NCBI GenBank assembly: GCA_019828565.1
Contig: JAHDYR010000007.1
Span: forward strand, 915,333 to 979,332
Length of the DNA stretch: 64,000 nucleotides
Source: Carpediemonas membranifera BICM
Lineage: Eukaryota > Protista > Fornicata
Reading direction: 5' to 3'
Shown here: in pieces, positions 29,915 through 41,672 of the stretch
How the letters are laid out: every line of letters begins with the position of its first letter
Position numbering within the stretch: the first letter of the stretch is position 1
Made by a program: the position numbers and the translations under genes
The notes under the pieces: model-generated
Databases searched by the model: none
What the model was told of the DNA's origin: nothing
Seen by the model: only the letters and a program-made list of their open reading frames with translations

Positions 29915-32164
29915 ATGAGATCTCGCTCGTTATTCCGAGCTGTGCATCTCAATAGCCTCAAACCACCACAACGAGGCTTACCAAATTGTTCGACAGTGCA
30001 GAGGAAGCTAGCACAGCACTTTCCACCGTCTAGTAGTATCATCCATGTTCCCACAAACAATGTAATGTTCAAGGCCTTCAGTCCTTGTGGGAGGTATGTG
30101 ATTGCGTATTCTCTAACCCGTGAGGATGTCCTAGTGTACCGTTTCCTCGGCACCTCGAGACCCGACTCCGTCTCGAGAGAGGATCTCCGCTTCAGCGACA
30201 TGTTCAGGCTTGAGTACACCAAGTGCTTCGTTGGCGAAGGGTGTTTGCTCCGAAAGGACTTTCTTATTTTTTCCCCGGACTACGAGTTCTTTGTGATTGC
30301 TTCAACGTCCCGATCGGCCCACCAGGGATCCAGCTCTGCCGACAACAACCTAGAGTGCCTGCCGTGCTTCAATACCATATGTTTCCGGATCATCAGGCTC
30401 CGAGATGGCCAACAGACAGACAAACTCCGCCTTAGAAACGACTATGTCCAGCTCACATTCAACGCAGGGGTCTCCCTCTACCACAACTTCTTCTCCATCC
30501 TATCGCTGCGCCACCAGGTCATCTCCATCTCCCAGCTCCACCGTGTGGGCGATATGGTGTACTTCAAGCCCCATGTGAAGATCCCCCTCACGACCGCAGC
30601 AATGCTGCAGGCGGCAGACCAGCCGTACCGCGCACCATCCCGCAGAGAAGTGTTTTCCGGCCTATTGCACCAGATCATGGCATATCTCTACCGTCAGCTC
30701 CTAGCAGAACACGAGACCGCCTGTGCCCACACGGCCCAGCTAGACGGGCTCAGAGTGGTCGTGGACGGTGAGGCGGGTCAGTTCCAACCCGACCGCGGCA
30801 TGAGCGAGCTCTTCTCCGTCTTTCACCGCAATAGTGCGAGATTTCGTCGGTTGGTCATGTCGAAAGTCCAGCAGATCTCATATCGCCATATATTGGTCAG
30901 GATCACAGCAATCAAGGATCTGAGAGACAGGGTTGCTTTGAGGAAAGACAGGAATGGCTCACTGTCAATGTTGTTGCTGTACGACTTTCGCAAAGGCGCG
31001 ATAACAGGACTGTACAACGTCAACCATCCATCTGCCGGGGCCTTCGTGTACATGCAGCACGAGTGTCTACTGGCGTCTCTCGCGGTGCACTACCACTCAA
31101 ACTCGTTCACTGCGTACACTAAGGGCAAGGCCCCGATGACTTGCTCCCACCCGATCGCCCACACACTGCCCCTCAAGCCTGAGCGCCACCGCATATTCCA
31201 GCAGTGCACCACTGGGGAGCAGGTCGACCCTGTGCGGCTGGGTCGGCTGGTGGATATGTTCCCCGCGAGCCCGCAGACCGTACAGACGGGACCGTGGGTC
31301 GACCCGCACCTGTACGCCTTCGACGACGGCCAGTGGGGCGGCGTCATGCGCCCTTATCCATTGCCCCAGTCCGCAATCAACGTACTGCCTGTCCCCAGCG
31401 ACGATGACGACGCCCTCCTCCGCCTCCCAGATAGGACCAAGTACGGCGGCCGTCCCCGCCCGCCCGCGGCGATGGACTCTCTGCCTGGCTTCTGGCTCCA
31501 CCCAACGGGGGCCCCCAGCCCGGCCGACCTGCCCCGGACGATGGCAGAGGCCACCCGCAACACGCTGGTCTCCCGGTTCAAGGACGTCTCTGTGTCTTAT
31601 GTGATGCACCCACACCTGCCTGTCGTCGTCTCCGTATTCCACCTGGGCCCCTTCCCCCTCTGCCAGTCGGTCAACTTTTATGCCGGGTGTGCCGTCAGGC
31701 CGGTAAGACCACACAAGCTCGGGTGGTACCGCCGGGAGACCGCCAATGGAGTGACTGCCGCGGTGGGGACCAAGGCGCCAATCATGCGAACTCATAGGGC
31801 GGCGGTCACCCCAGCGCCGGCCTCCCCTTCCCAGGCAAGACTGGCCTACCGCCGCCTCGCCCCAGTCAGCCAGAGGGCGAGGTCATCCGAGGCTGCCGGA
31901 CTAGTCTCACTCTTGGACGGCGGCCAGTCCGACGCCGAGCCCGTCAGTGACTCGAGCGACTCGGACGAGTCGGGCGTCGACCTCCTGGAGATTGAGAACG
32001 GAGAGAATCTCTTCTACGCCCAGGGTGCCCTCTCTGGCGGCGACTCTAGTGACTTTGAGCATGGCGACCCTCGCCCCCTCGGGCCTCTCATCTCCCTGGC
32101 TCCAGCCACCCCGCCCCCGGATGCAGAGGTTGGTGAGACAATGTTTGTCCCTCATCTAGGGTAA
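29915..32164 (+). CDS. DET1: DET1-like (CUL4-DDB1-associated) protein
   Basis: FKAFSPCGRYVIAYS, LRKDFLIF, DYVQLTFNAGVSLYHNFFSILSLRHQVI, PASPQ..PWVDPHLYAFD, MHPHLPVVVS. Confidence 0.75.
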   Translation: MRSRSLFRAVHLNSLKPPQRGLPNCSTVQRKLAQHFPPSSSIIHVPTNNVMFKAFSPCGRYVIAYSLTREDVLVYRFLGTSRPDSVSREDLRFSDMFRLEYTKCFVGEGCLLRKDFLIFSPDYEFFVIASTSRSAHQGSSSADNNLECLPCFNTICFRIIRLRDGQQTDKLRLRNDYVQLTFNAGVSLYHNFFSILSLRHQVISISQLHRVGDMVYFKPHVKIPLTTAAMLQAADQPYRAPSRREVFSGLLHQIMAYLYRQLLAEHETACAHTAQLDGLRVVVDGEAGQFQPDRGMSELFSVFHRNSARFRRLVMSKVQQISYRHILVRITAIKDLRDRVALRKDRNGSLSMLLLYDFRKGAITGLYNVNHPSAGAFVYMQHECLLASLAVHYHSNSFTAYTKGKAPMTCSHPIAHTLPLKPERHRIFQQCTTGEQVDPVRLGRLVDMFPASPQTVQTGPWVDPHLYAFDDGQWGGVMRPYPLPQSAINVLPVPSDDDDALLRLPDRTKYGGRPRPPAAMDSLPGFWLHPTGAPSPADLPRTMAEATRNTLVSRFKDVSVSYVMHPHLPVVVSVFHLGPFPLCQSVNFYAGCAVRPVRPHKLGWYRRETANGVTAAVGTKAPIMRTHRAAVTPAPASPSQARLAYRRLAPVSQRARSSEAAGLVSLLDGGQSDAEPVSDSSDSDESGVDLLEIENGENLFYAQGALSGGDSSDFEHGDPRPLGPLISLAPATPPPDAEVGETMFVPHLG

Positions 32165-32249
32165 TCATTTGATGACTTTAGCACGCTATTATGTTATTAT
32201 CATTGCCAGCGTACTGTTTATACCCGTGGCAGTAAAGGACTTGGCGTTT

Positions 32250-32352
32250 TATAATTCGGGCTGGGAGCGCAGACTCAGGGACGCCATCGCCCAGTGACGG
32301 GGGGTTGACAGCCTAAGCCTTCTTTACATGAACCCCCAGTAAACATCTAAAT
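32250..32352 (+). repeat. Second short 3'-terminal remnant of the RLE retroelement family
   Basis: GGGGGGTTGACAGCCTAAGCCTTCTTTACATGAACCCCCAGTAAACATCTAAA matches 371-425 and the element 3' end. Confidence 0.68.
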
Positions 32353-32622
32353 CTTAAGACGTGAGTAGGAGGGTGACAGGGCAGTGTTGCGCAGTATAAA
32401 CACATTGTTCGACCCTTCATTAGCACAGGGACTGAAGCATTAAAGTGCGGATTGAGCCATGGAAGCCGGTCTACCATTTCTGGATTAATTCATGGTTAAT
32501 GGGCCTCCCGAAGCACGAATGCCTTTTCAGTCACGAAAAGCCGTCTTCTCCTTTGTCGAGTTATACGCAGAGTCTCAGGGTTTGCATTTTTCTAGCGTTC
32601 ATTTCTTACTCTAGGATTCTCC

Positions 32623-33347
32623 GTGGTCAAATACAAGTTCACTGAGAGGAGTATAGCACTACGGTGTAGTGAGTTCCGCCCCAAGAAGTCGAAAAAGGCT
32701 GCTGCTGAGGATTCTAGTGCAAACCGAGGTCGACCGACCCACACGAAATGCGGCTGCAACAGCTGGAAAGTGAACGCTAACATCCAGGCCGACGGGACCT
32801 GGAAGATCTCCGACTCCATCTGCCTGGAGCACGAGAACCACACTCCGACGCCGCTCAAGGTCGACAAGCAAAAGCTCGAGGCACTCCAGAGCGCCACGCA
32901 GCCAGCCCTGGTCAGGCCAGTCACCATGCAGGATATGCCGCTGGTGGAGCTCCGCCGCCCCCCCCCCTGCCCGTGATTCCCCGAAGCATGGACGCCGAGG
33001 TCGTCCACAAGGCGCTGCGGTTCAACGCGCTGTGGGCCAAAGCCATGGCCGCGGCGGTGACTACATGCAAGTCGGGCGAGGACTTCAAGGCACTCGCGTC
33101 CTCGCTTGAGAAGTTCGCGTCCTCGATTCCCATGGCCGAGAAGGTCGCAGAGCCGTCAGATGCCCAGCGGGAGAACAGCACCGGCGCCCGTAAGCGGCGG
33201 GCGGTGGAAACCGAGTCACTCGGCATGGTCGACGGGCTGGGCTCAGAACTGGACGCCCTGGCCTACGGGATGGAGTTGGGGCCCGTGTCGCGGGTACCCA
33301 CGGTGGCGCCGTTCCCCCTGCCCAACCCCAACCTGGAGTACGAGTGA
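32623..33347 (+). pseudogene. FAR1/WRKY-like zinc domain, probable Mutator-type transposase remnant
   Basis: LRC..KCGCNSWKVNA..DGTWKI..LEHENH; no DDE domain; frame break at the C-run near 32960. Confidence 0.55.
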
Positions 33348-33573
33348 GCAGCTATTTATGGTACAGTACAGTTCATTCATATGTAAACGGTTGACCCCTG
33401 ACTTGACCGAGCTGTCTGCCTGCGATTTCATGGCTGAGGTTGTTCTTCTCACCCGAATGAATTGTTGCTCCTTGGTCTTCGCGAAGACGAGAACAGTGGC
33501 AGCATGCAGTTGTGTCTCCGAAGCTTCAACAGTCCCAACAGTCCATGAGCATAGTCATTCCAGAGTGCAGTTT

Positions 33574-35238
33574 ATGGCACAAAAACGTTCCGCAATGCAA
33601 CGCCGCCAAACATTTGGGCTGAGTTCGAGAGCTCGCACGCCTGGAAAGAGACGTACGACTCTTTCTGTGCCAAAATCGGCTGCGAAAGCGCCAAAGACGC
33701 CCTCGAGAACCCGTGGGGGCCCTGATGTCGGCGCCATCATCGAATGGCTTGCGTTTTCGGGGTTTAAGGAGGCTGTATCCGAAGATAGCCTTACAAAATT
33801 CATGCCTACGCTCTGCCGGGCCATCAAGCACGTTGCTCTTGAGCACATTGGTGTGCAGCTCGACAGTGTCGGTGATGGGGATAAGCGAAGCCTCGCGGAG
33901 TTTCGAAAGAACGCCAGCAAGGCCTTCGCCACAGCGATGGAGCTGGGGCTCAAAGAGGACATGAACTACCTGAGCGAGTTCCCCCGGGCAGGGCAGGAGA
34001 TGACCCACCTTCCTGTCGTGCTCAAAAGCTTGAACAACGCATGCCTCACGATGAACGCGCAAGTCGCGGAGCACCAAGAGAGGATCAGGGCGATGCCAGA
34101 GGGCACCGTCATGGATGGCGAGCAGGAGGGCCTGGGTGACGCCGCCCTCGCATGCGCGGGCCTCCCTGTTGACGACCCGAACTCGGAACGCCAGGTCTGC
34201 GCGATGCTTGGCCTCGAGGAGGCAGACCCTCACCGCCAGGAGGTGATCGAGGCCGAGTGCGAGGACATCATCCGCGCTACCAACGAGCTCGTCGAGCAGA
34301 CAGCCTCCAACGAGGCAGAGATCAAGATGCTCCGCGCAGAGCTGGACAAGCTTGCTTCATCTTCTCTGGCGCGCGTTGAAGCGCCCGAGACTCGGCTGGC
34401 AGCCCACAAGAAAGACCTCGAGGACGCAGAGAAGAAGCTGCGGCAGCAGGGCACGAGCGAGCTCGTCAAAGCCAGGGACATCCTCCAGGAGGGGCTTTCC
34501 ACGATCAGAAGCCAGGTGGAGCAGGTCGAGGCGCAGTGCCGCCAGACTGAAGACGCCAAGCGGCAGATCGTCGACTCCCTCAGGGACAACGTCCCCCCGC
34601 AGCTGGCCGGCACCGTCAGCCTGCTCGACGGGACGCTGGCCGAGGTTAAGGCGTGCCGCAAGACGCTTGTTGACTTTGACTCGAGCCTGAAAGCGGAGGC
34701 CGCGACCAAGGCGAAGACCAAGACCGAGCTGGAGCTTAAGGCCGAGAGTGTGAGGGCCGAGGCGGCTTCGATGACGTCAATGGAGGCAGCGCTGGACGAG
34801 GAGATCGAGAGCGTCACGCGAATGATTGAGCTGAAGCAGGATCAGAAGCGCAAGAACGACAAGCGCGAGGTCCAACGCATGCAGGAGGACATCAAGCGCC
34901 AAGAGGGCTTACAGAAGGAGGTCGATGCACTCAGCGCCGAGCTGGCCGACACCAAGATCGAGGCGGCTGAGCAGAAGGAGAAGCTGGAGTCAGAAGCGCG
35001 CGCGATGATTCGGACGATGACTGCCGAGGTCCAGGAAATGATGGAGGCCAGGAGATTCACGAATGAGACCGTCCCCCGCATCCTACAGAAGGAGCTCGAG
35101 ATGCAGAAGAGGATCCGGGAGACCGAAGAGGAGAATCTGCGGAAGGTACGTGTGCTGATGAAGGAGCTCGATCGCAGGAAGGAGCTGACCGAGAAGATCA
35201 GGGCCATCACCGCGCGGGTCAAGGGCCATCAGGGGTGA
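33574..35238 (+). CDS. Coiled-coil protein with basic N-tail; possible divergent Ndc80/Hec1
   Basis: 554 aa: basic tail, helical globular region (IIEWLAFSGFKEAVSEDSL..THLPVVLKSL), ~330 aa coiled coil. Confidence 0.6.
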   Translation: MAQKRSAMQRRQTFGLSSRARTPGKRRTTLSVPKSAAKAPKTPSRTRGGPDVGAIIEWLAFSGFKEAVSEDSLTKFMPTLCRAIKHVALEHIGVQLDSVGDGDKRSLAEFRKNASKAFATAMELGLKEDMNYLSEFPRAGQEMTHLPVVLKSLNNACLTMNAQVAEHQERIRAMPEGTVMDGEQEGLGDAALACAGLPVDDPNSERQVCAMLGLEEADPHRQEVIEAECEDIIRATNELVEQTASNEAEIKMLRAELDKLASSSLARVEAPETRLAAHKKDLEDAEKKLRQQGTSELVKARDILQEGLSTIRSQVEQVEAQCRQTEDAKRQIVDSLRDNVPPQLAGTVSLLDGTLAEVKACRKTLVDFDSSLKAEAATKAKTKTELELKAESVRAEAASMTSMEAALDEEIESVTRMIELKQDQKRKNDKREVQRMQEDIKRQEGLQKEVDALSAELADTKIEAAEQKEKLESEARAMIRTMTAEVQEMMEARRFTNETVPRILQKELEMQKRIRETEEENLRKVRVLMKELDRRKELTEKIRAITARVKGHQG

Positions 35239-35569
35239 CGCGCCATGACTGTAGCATTTAGCATAAATGATAGCTCTTCGCATCAAGCCTGTCGCTCACT
35301 CGACCATGCATTGTCGTTGGGCGGAAGATGATGGGTCCCCCATGTCTCCCCATGCCCTGTGGTTGCTTCAGCTGTACAAGCGCAGATGTGTGGTGCAGAT
35401 TAGCGCAGAAGACTACCCGGATCCAAGGTTTAATCCCTGTTGTATCCTCGACGCCTGATGCGAACTCTGCTTGGGGTTGCCACCGGCTGGAGAGCCAAGA
35501 ATGTATTGCTTGTTTGAAATGTTCAACTTTTTTTCTGTGAAAAAAAACAGAGCTTGCTAGACCAAGGAA

Positions 35570-36077
35570 ATGCCCCACTGCAACGGTTATAGGTTTGTTT
35601 TAGACATCAAAATTGTTATGTAGGCACGGTACGCGCTACATGTTCCGCCAGGGCTTCCGCCAGGCCGGTGTTCCCGCTCCCGCCCGCACTCTTGTGCCCT
35701 ACCGCCTCGGCGACCACGTTGACATCAAGGCCAACGCCGCTGTGCACAAGTCTCTCCCCCACAAGTTCTACCACGGCAAGACCGGCGTCGTCTGGAACGT
35801 TTCCCCCCGCGCCATCGGTGTTGAGGTCAACAAGCGTGTTGGCGGCCGCATCATGAAGAAGCGCATCCACGTCCGCGTTGAGCACATCAAGCTCTCCAAC
35901 CTCAAGGCTGAGATCAAGGCCCGCGCCCGCCGCAACGACGAGCTCAAGGCTGAGGCCAAGAAGACTGGCGTCAAGGTCGAACTCAAGCGCATGCCCGGTG
36001 CTCCCCGCGAGGCCACCTACGTCAAGGGCACTGGCATCATCGACGTCGCTCCTCTTCCCCACATGCCCACTTACTAA
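35570..36077 (+). CDS. RPL21: 60S ribosomal protein L21 (eL21); intron 35593-35623
   Basis: Spliced MPHCNGYRHGTRYMF..PHKFYHGKTG..VRVEHIK. Confidence 0.96.
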
Positions 36078-36261
36078 GCCATAAATGGGTGTAAATTTTG
36101 TGGATCTGTGGAACCTGGTGCAGAGATGGTGAAACAACGATTGATTGAGTGTCACCGAGTGTTTACGAGCTGTCTGCCACGGGTTTCGAGTCAAGCAACT
36201 GATGACACTGTGACAGGAGATCGTGACTGGACTTCTGAGTCACGATGGACACACAGTCGAG

Positions 36262-39220
36262 ATGGTGGAATCAATACCACGCCAACCGTATGTTTCCCAC
36301 GCTCTATTAACACAGAACGTACGTTCATTAATCGAATATAACACAGTAGGACAACGATTAGCGCTGTTTTGTCGAAGGCCGTGACGAATCGTTCACGCAT
36401 CCGTGTAGAACCAGAGAACGATGAAACCTGCGGTCTTCCAGAGCTAGTTAGGTTACTATTACACATAGGAAACGTCATGCCACAGGTTTTCTCCGTCACA
36501 CTGACCGATCCAGCCGTCACGTTGGAATTGGACACAGCTTCAGAGACGAAGTACCGTTGCACTCCCCCGAACGCCAGAGTAGAGCTCATCCTCATGATCT
36601 GGCAGGCCATGACTAGCGCACCCAGGTCTTGCAAGGTCGGAGACTGTATTCGGGCGTTGGATTCGCGAGGGTCGAACTGCGCTGTCTTCTCCCCTGACGG
36701 CAGAGTCGTTGCCGCCTCATTCTTCGACAGAGCGGTAAGAATCCTGGACGCCACCACCGGACGGCTTATACAAACGCTGGCGGGCCATACTGAGGCATGC
36801 TTCCGCCTCGCCTTCGCACCCGACGGCAGGACCCTTGTCACCGGATCACACGACAAAACCGCCAAGCTGTGGAATTTGGAGACGGGCAACTGCGTGCAGA
36901 CCCTCGTCGGGCACACCGACACCGTCTGGAGCGTCGCATTCTCCCCCACGGGCCATGTGTTGGCCACTGGATCAGGGGACAAGACCGTACGCGTGTGGAA
37001 CTCGTCGGACGGACGACTGGTGGCAACGCTGGACTGCACCAACAGCGTTAACGCCGTCAAGTTCTCCCACGACGGCGCGATGCTGGCTGGGATGGAGGCT
37101 GGAGGCCAAGTGACACTGTGGGAGCTGGAATCACTCAGGCCCGTGCGCCAGATGAAGACCAGCGGCGGTATAGAAGTGTCATTCTCTCCTGACGGCAAGA
37201 TGTTTTGCTGTACCGGCTCGTCTATGATCAGTTTTTATGAAACTGAATCCGGTCGTCTCCTCAGGGAGACCGACGCCCACACGGGTAGCATATGGGGCCT
37301 GTCCCACACCCCCGACGGCAAGGTCGTCATCTCGAGCTCCAAGGACGGCACGATCAAGCTCTGGAACACAGCCAGCGGGGCCCTGGCCCAGACGATCAGG
37401 GTCGACTCCGAGATCAGATACACCTCGATGGCACCTAACGCAGGGTCTTTCGTGGCTTCGGGCAAGTTCGGCATCAAGCTCTACAGCCTGCTCGCCGAAC
37501 CGTCCGAGCAGTTTAAGGCAGCATTGAAAGCAGCTGTGGAACAACCGGTTGACTCAACAACCGTACTGACCCTCGTGCCGGACAGCAGGACCGTGTGTGG
37601 GATCACCGAGCTGGCCCCCCTGCTGATGCATGTCGTGGCGTCCAGCGCACTCCCAGGGGGGATGAGTATGGCGCTCACAGAGCTCGAGACGACGGTGACC
37701 ATGGATGAAAGAGGCATGATCGTGACATCAGGGCCCGACCCAGAGGCGTTGGGCAGTCTAGTGGCCTCGTGGAACATGTTCTATCTCCAGGAAGCAGACA
37801 AGGACGCCCAGATCGCGGGGTGGGCGAAGAAGCTCGAGGACGAGCACCGCCAAGCCATGGCCGCGGTTATGGCCGACAGAGACGCGGCCCTGGCCTCCAT
37901 GGAGACGAAGCAGAAGGCGGAGCTGGACTCGGTGAAGGCCGAGCTCGTCAAGTTCTGTGCGGTACATAAGGTGTTCCCCAGCATCGTCCGCGCGATAGAG
38001 GTCAGTGGGCTCATCGCAGGCCACCCCCTACTCACAGCCACCCCGCCCAAGCGGCACAGCATCGTCGTCATGCCCTCGATCCCAGCGCTGTGGGCGAGGG
38101 TGACAGACGCCAAGGAGAACCACCCGGAGCGCCGCATACCAGAGTACGTGAAGGCCATCGCAGAGGCCAGCGATGCTGCGGCCGGGCTCAAGCGCTCGAT
38201 CACCGCCTCCAAGGAGAACTTCTCCGCGGCGACGACCCTCGTCAACGCCGTGAATAGGTTCGAGCGGACGCTTAGCGGTCAGCTGCCATCACTCCAGACG
38301 CTCAGAGAGATCCTGCACGCAGCCCTGGGCGAGGTGTCGAAAGCCCCCGGTGCCCTCAGAGCCGAGCTCCGCGCCATGTTCGCCAACCTCGAGACGATGC
38401 TGCGGCCCGACCTCCAGGCAGCCCTGACTTGGGCGATTGAGACTAGAGGGAGGTCGGTCGACACGTCGAGCGAGACCACACACTTGAACCGGCTCAAGGG
38501 CTTTGTCACGGAGGCGACCACTCATGTAGAGGCGTTCAGGAAGGCGGACGAGATCGTCAGCCAGTGTCGGGCGCTAGGCGACTACCAGCACCTCAAGAGC
38601 TCGATCGCCAACCTCGAAGAGACGGTGGAGTTCTTCAGTCGACCCCGTAAGAACGGCGCAGCCATGTTCAAGGAGGCGAAGGAGGACCTCGAGAAGTCCA
38701 AGGCCAAGCTCGCCAGGATGACCGAGATCCTCAACCAGAGGAACGCCCAGCTCATGGAACTCTGCCCGGAGCTGAAGACCATCACTGCACCTGCGACGAG
38801 TCTGTTCGCGGAACTCAGAAGTCTCGAGCTGGCCCACCTCATGGACCTGCCCGAGATGCGTACCGACCTGGTTTTCAGCGAGTTCAGTGTGGTGTCGACC
38901 GTTAGTGACACTAGGGCGCTGTGCCAGATTGTCAAGAGGAATGGGCGGTCATACTTCGCCAAGACATTCAAGCTCGACACGGAACAGCAGCGAAAGCTCT
39001 GCGACCGCGAGGCGGGCATCCTGTCGCGCATGTCGCACAGCCCCTCTGTGCCCAAGCTGCACTTCGTCCTCGTCAACCTCGCCAGCCAGACCTGCACGGT
39101 GATCATTGAGCACCTCGAACGCCACCTGCGCGACACGACAATCGACTCGCCGGACAGCCTGCGCAGACTGCTCCACGGCCTGCTCACCGCGATCCACGAC
39201 CTGCACAGCGCAGGCGTCTG

Positions 39221-39253
<33 letters not shown>

Positions 39254-41153
39254 GCGCGCTGGACTACCGGTCATTGTTGACTTCGAGACGGCCTCGAACA
39301 TGGACGCCATGAATGCCACGGCCACGGGCACAAAGATAGGAACCCTTGCTTTCAGCGCACCCGAGGAGATAACCGCTCGCAACTCGGGTAAGAAGCTGAG
39401 CCACCGCAAGGCCCAGGCCGCCGACGTCTACCACGCGGGCTTGACGATGCTCGGCGTCATGTCGAAGGACTACGTCGCCTTCTCCCAGAAGCTGGTCGCC
39501 CTCGTCATGGGCGACCTCGGGAGCGCCTCGACCGAGGCAGCCGACAGTCTCTGCACCGCCCTGCTCGACACCGTTGTCGTGCCGGAAGCAATGCGCGAGG
39601 TGCTCTCCGGCATGCTCGCCACCCACCCCGAGGCCCGCTGGTCCGTCCGCCGCGCCCTGGCCGACGTTCTCTTTGCCGCCTCACCCAACGAGCTGGACCC
39701 CGAGTTCGACCTCAACGCGGCAAGCAACCGCTTCTCCACAGCCCATGCCTTTGTTGCCGACATCGACCGAGCCCGCCTGCAGATGTTCAATGAAGACCCC
39801 GTCGACATCATCCTTCATGACAACATCGCCACCAGCGTCGCCAACATCGGGTCATGCGAGGAGGACCTGTTCGCCATCCCCGCGACCCTGTGGGGCGACG
39901 ACTCCGCGGAGGCCCTGCCTGACCTGGTCGCCGAGCTGCCGCATGCCACGGTGGCCCAGGCGGTCGGCGACATGACATTCACCGTGCCCATCTTCCGCGA
40001 AGGCACGCTCGTCTTCACGCCCGACGCCCTCGACATGCCGCTCGACGACCTGCGCCCGGTCCTGCTGGGGCTCGGCCGCGTGCTGCAGCTCATGCTGCTC
40101 GACGGCATCAGGCTGTCCGCGGACATGGTCAGCGACGCCTGGTTTGTCGCGCTGACGGGCGGCCGCATCAACCTTGGAGCGCTGATGCCCATCGTCGATA
40201 AGGCGCTGCAGACTTCTGTTGACCAGGCGAGTGTGGCGTGCCCGATCGACGGATTCAGCGGCGACCTCAAGGCATACGGCGACGAGATCCGGCGGCGGTT
40301 CTCCGATCGCATGCAGATCATCCGCAATGGCATGACGGCGAAGACGCAGTTCCGGGAGAAAGTCGCTGCGCTGACCCCCGCCCAGCTGCGGGCCCTGCTC
40401 GTGCGCCCCAACCCGCTCACGGTCGCCGCCGTGCTCGCCCCGCTGCGCTTCCCCAAGCGCGGCGAGGCCGTAGAGGGAGCCCTCCAGGTCGTGCTTGAGG
40501 ACAACGAGGCGCGTCGCCGCTTCGCCTTCCACATGTTCGGCGGTCAGCTCCCCCAGCCCGACTCGATCGAAGTCATCCTCGACGACAACAACCGCGTGTA
40601 CGCCGACTGTGCCGGCGGTGCCCACCTGCCCCGGGTGACGGACCCGGTTGAGCTGCGCCATATCGTGCTCGACTCGGCCCCCGCGGCAGCAGGCTCGGCG
40701 GCCGACTTCTACGTTATCCCGCGCCGGCGCCACGGCTACTCCCGCGCTGAGATCAAGACGCTGGTCGAGCAGAACGACATCCTGCAGACGTGCCGCCTGG
40801 TCACGCTCGGTAGAGGCGTCGCTGTGGACGTCCCCGTCATCCGCCGCTGCCCCACATGCGGCGAGCTGACCTCGCGCGAGGGCGACCTGGACAGCTGCAA
40901 GATGTCGTACTGTCAGTGCGGCCAGGACTTCTGCCACAAGTGCCTGCTCTGCGTTTCTAACCAGGAAGAGCACATGGCCCACTTCGGCGGCCAGTGCGAG
41001 ATGGCGCCGCGCCAGACAATCGACCTGCCCGAGGGCATTGCCAAGCAGCGCACCGTCACGTGCCCCCACTGCCATCGGTCGGCCACGGTCAGCGCGAACC
41101 GGAGGCAGGTCACCTGCCGCTCTTGCGGCCGTGGGATCTTGGTGAGCCAGTAA
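36262..41153 (+). CDS. WD40 - coiled coil - protein kinase - HECT-like - IBR/RING2 - zinc ribbon protein; 5' intron(s) 36288-36346
   Basis: GH..WN WD repeats; HRDLKPEN, DFE, GTLAFSAPE; RRRFAFHMFGGQLP..ADC..HLP; CPTC..SCKMSYCQCGQDFCHKC. Confidence 0.85.
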
Positions 41154-41372
41154 CTAAAGCCGTCCCGGGTTGGCGACCTTTGATTGTTTATAGCCGTATA
41201 ATTGCCTACATGGTGGTGTCCACTACATACATAAATATCTATGGAATCTCGAGATATGACTCGTGACACAATCTCAGCATCGGCTAGCTTCAACTCGCGC
41301 AAGCAAGCCAGTCCCACAAGGAGTTTAAATCAAGCATTAATCCAGCTGGCTACTACTTTGCTGGCCATATCC

Positions 41373-41672
41373 TCAGCACCGGAGCCGGAGCTCGACGTCC
41401 TGGGCTCGGTCAGTGAGGAAGGCGGCGTTGGTGAGGAGGATGTCCAGCTCGGCGGTGTCGAAGTCCGCAATGATCTTGGAAGAGTGCTCTGTGACGAGTG
41501 TTGCGCTCGTTGCATCAAGTTCCCGCTCATTGTTGGCAATTGAGATGTCCTTGATCAAAGGGATGTTCTTCTCAATGTTTTCACCAACTCTGAAGAGTCC
41601 AACACTTGGTACCTCGTACATGCTCCTCAATCCTTCGTGGATCGCATTCAAACCGGTCTGAAAGCTCGCCAT
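41373..41672 (-). CDS. BORCS8: BORC subunit 8 (MEF2BNB)-like
   Basis: EVPSVGLFRVGENIEKNIPLI resembles the NEPSVALYRLQEHVRRSLP motif; 99 aa. Confidence 0.6.
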   Translation of the reverse strand: MASFQTGLNAIHEGLRSMYEVPSVGLFRVGENIEKNIPLIKDISIANNERELDATSATLVTEHSSKIIADFDTAELDILLTNAAFLTDRAQDVELRLRC

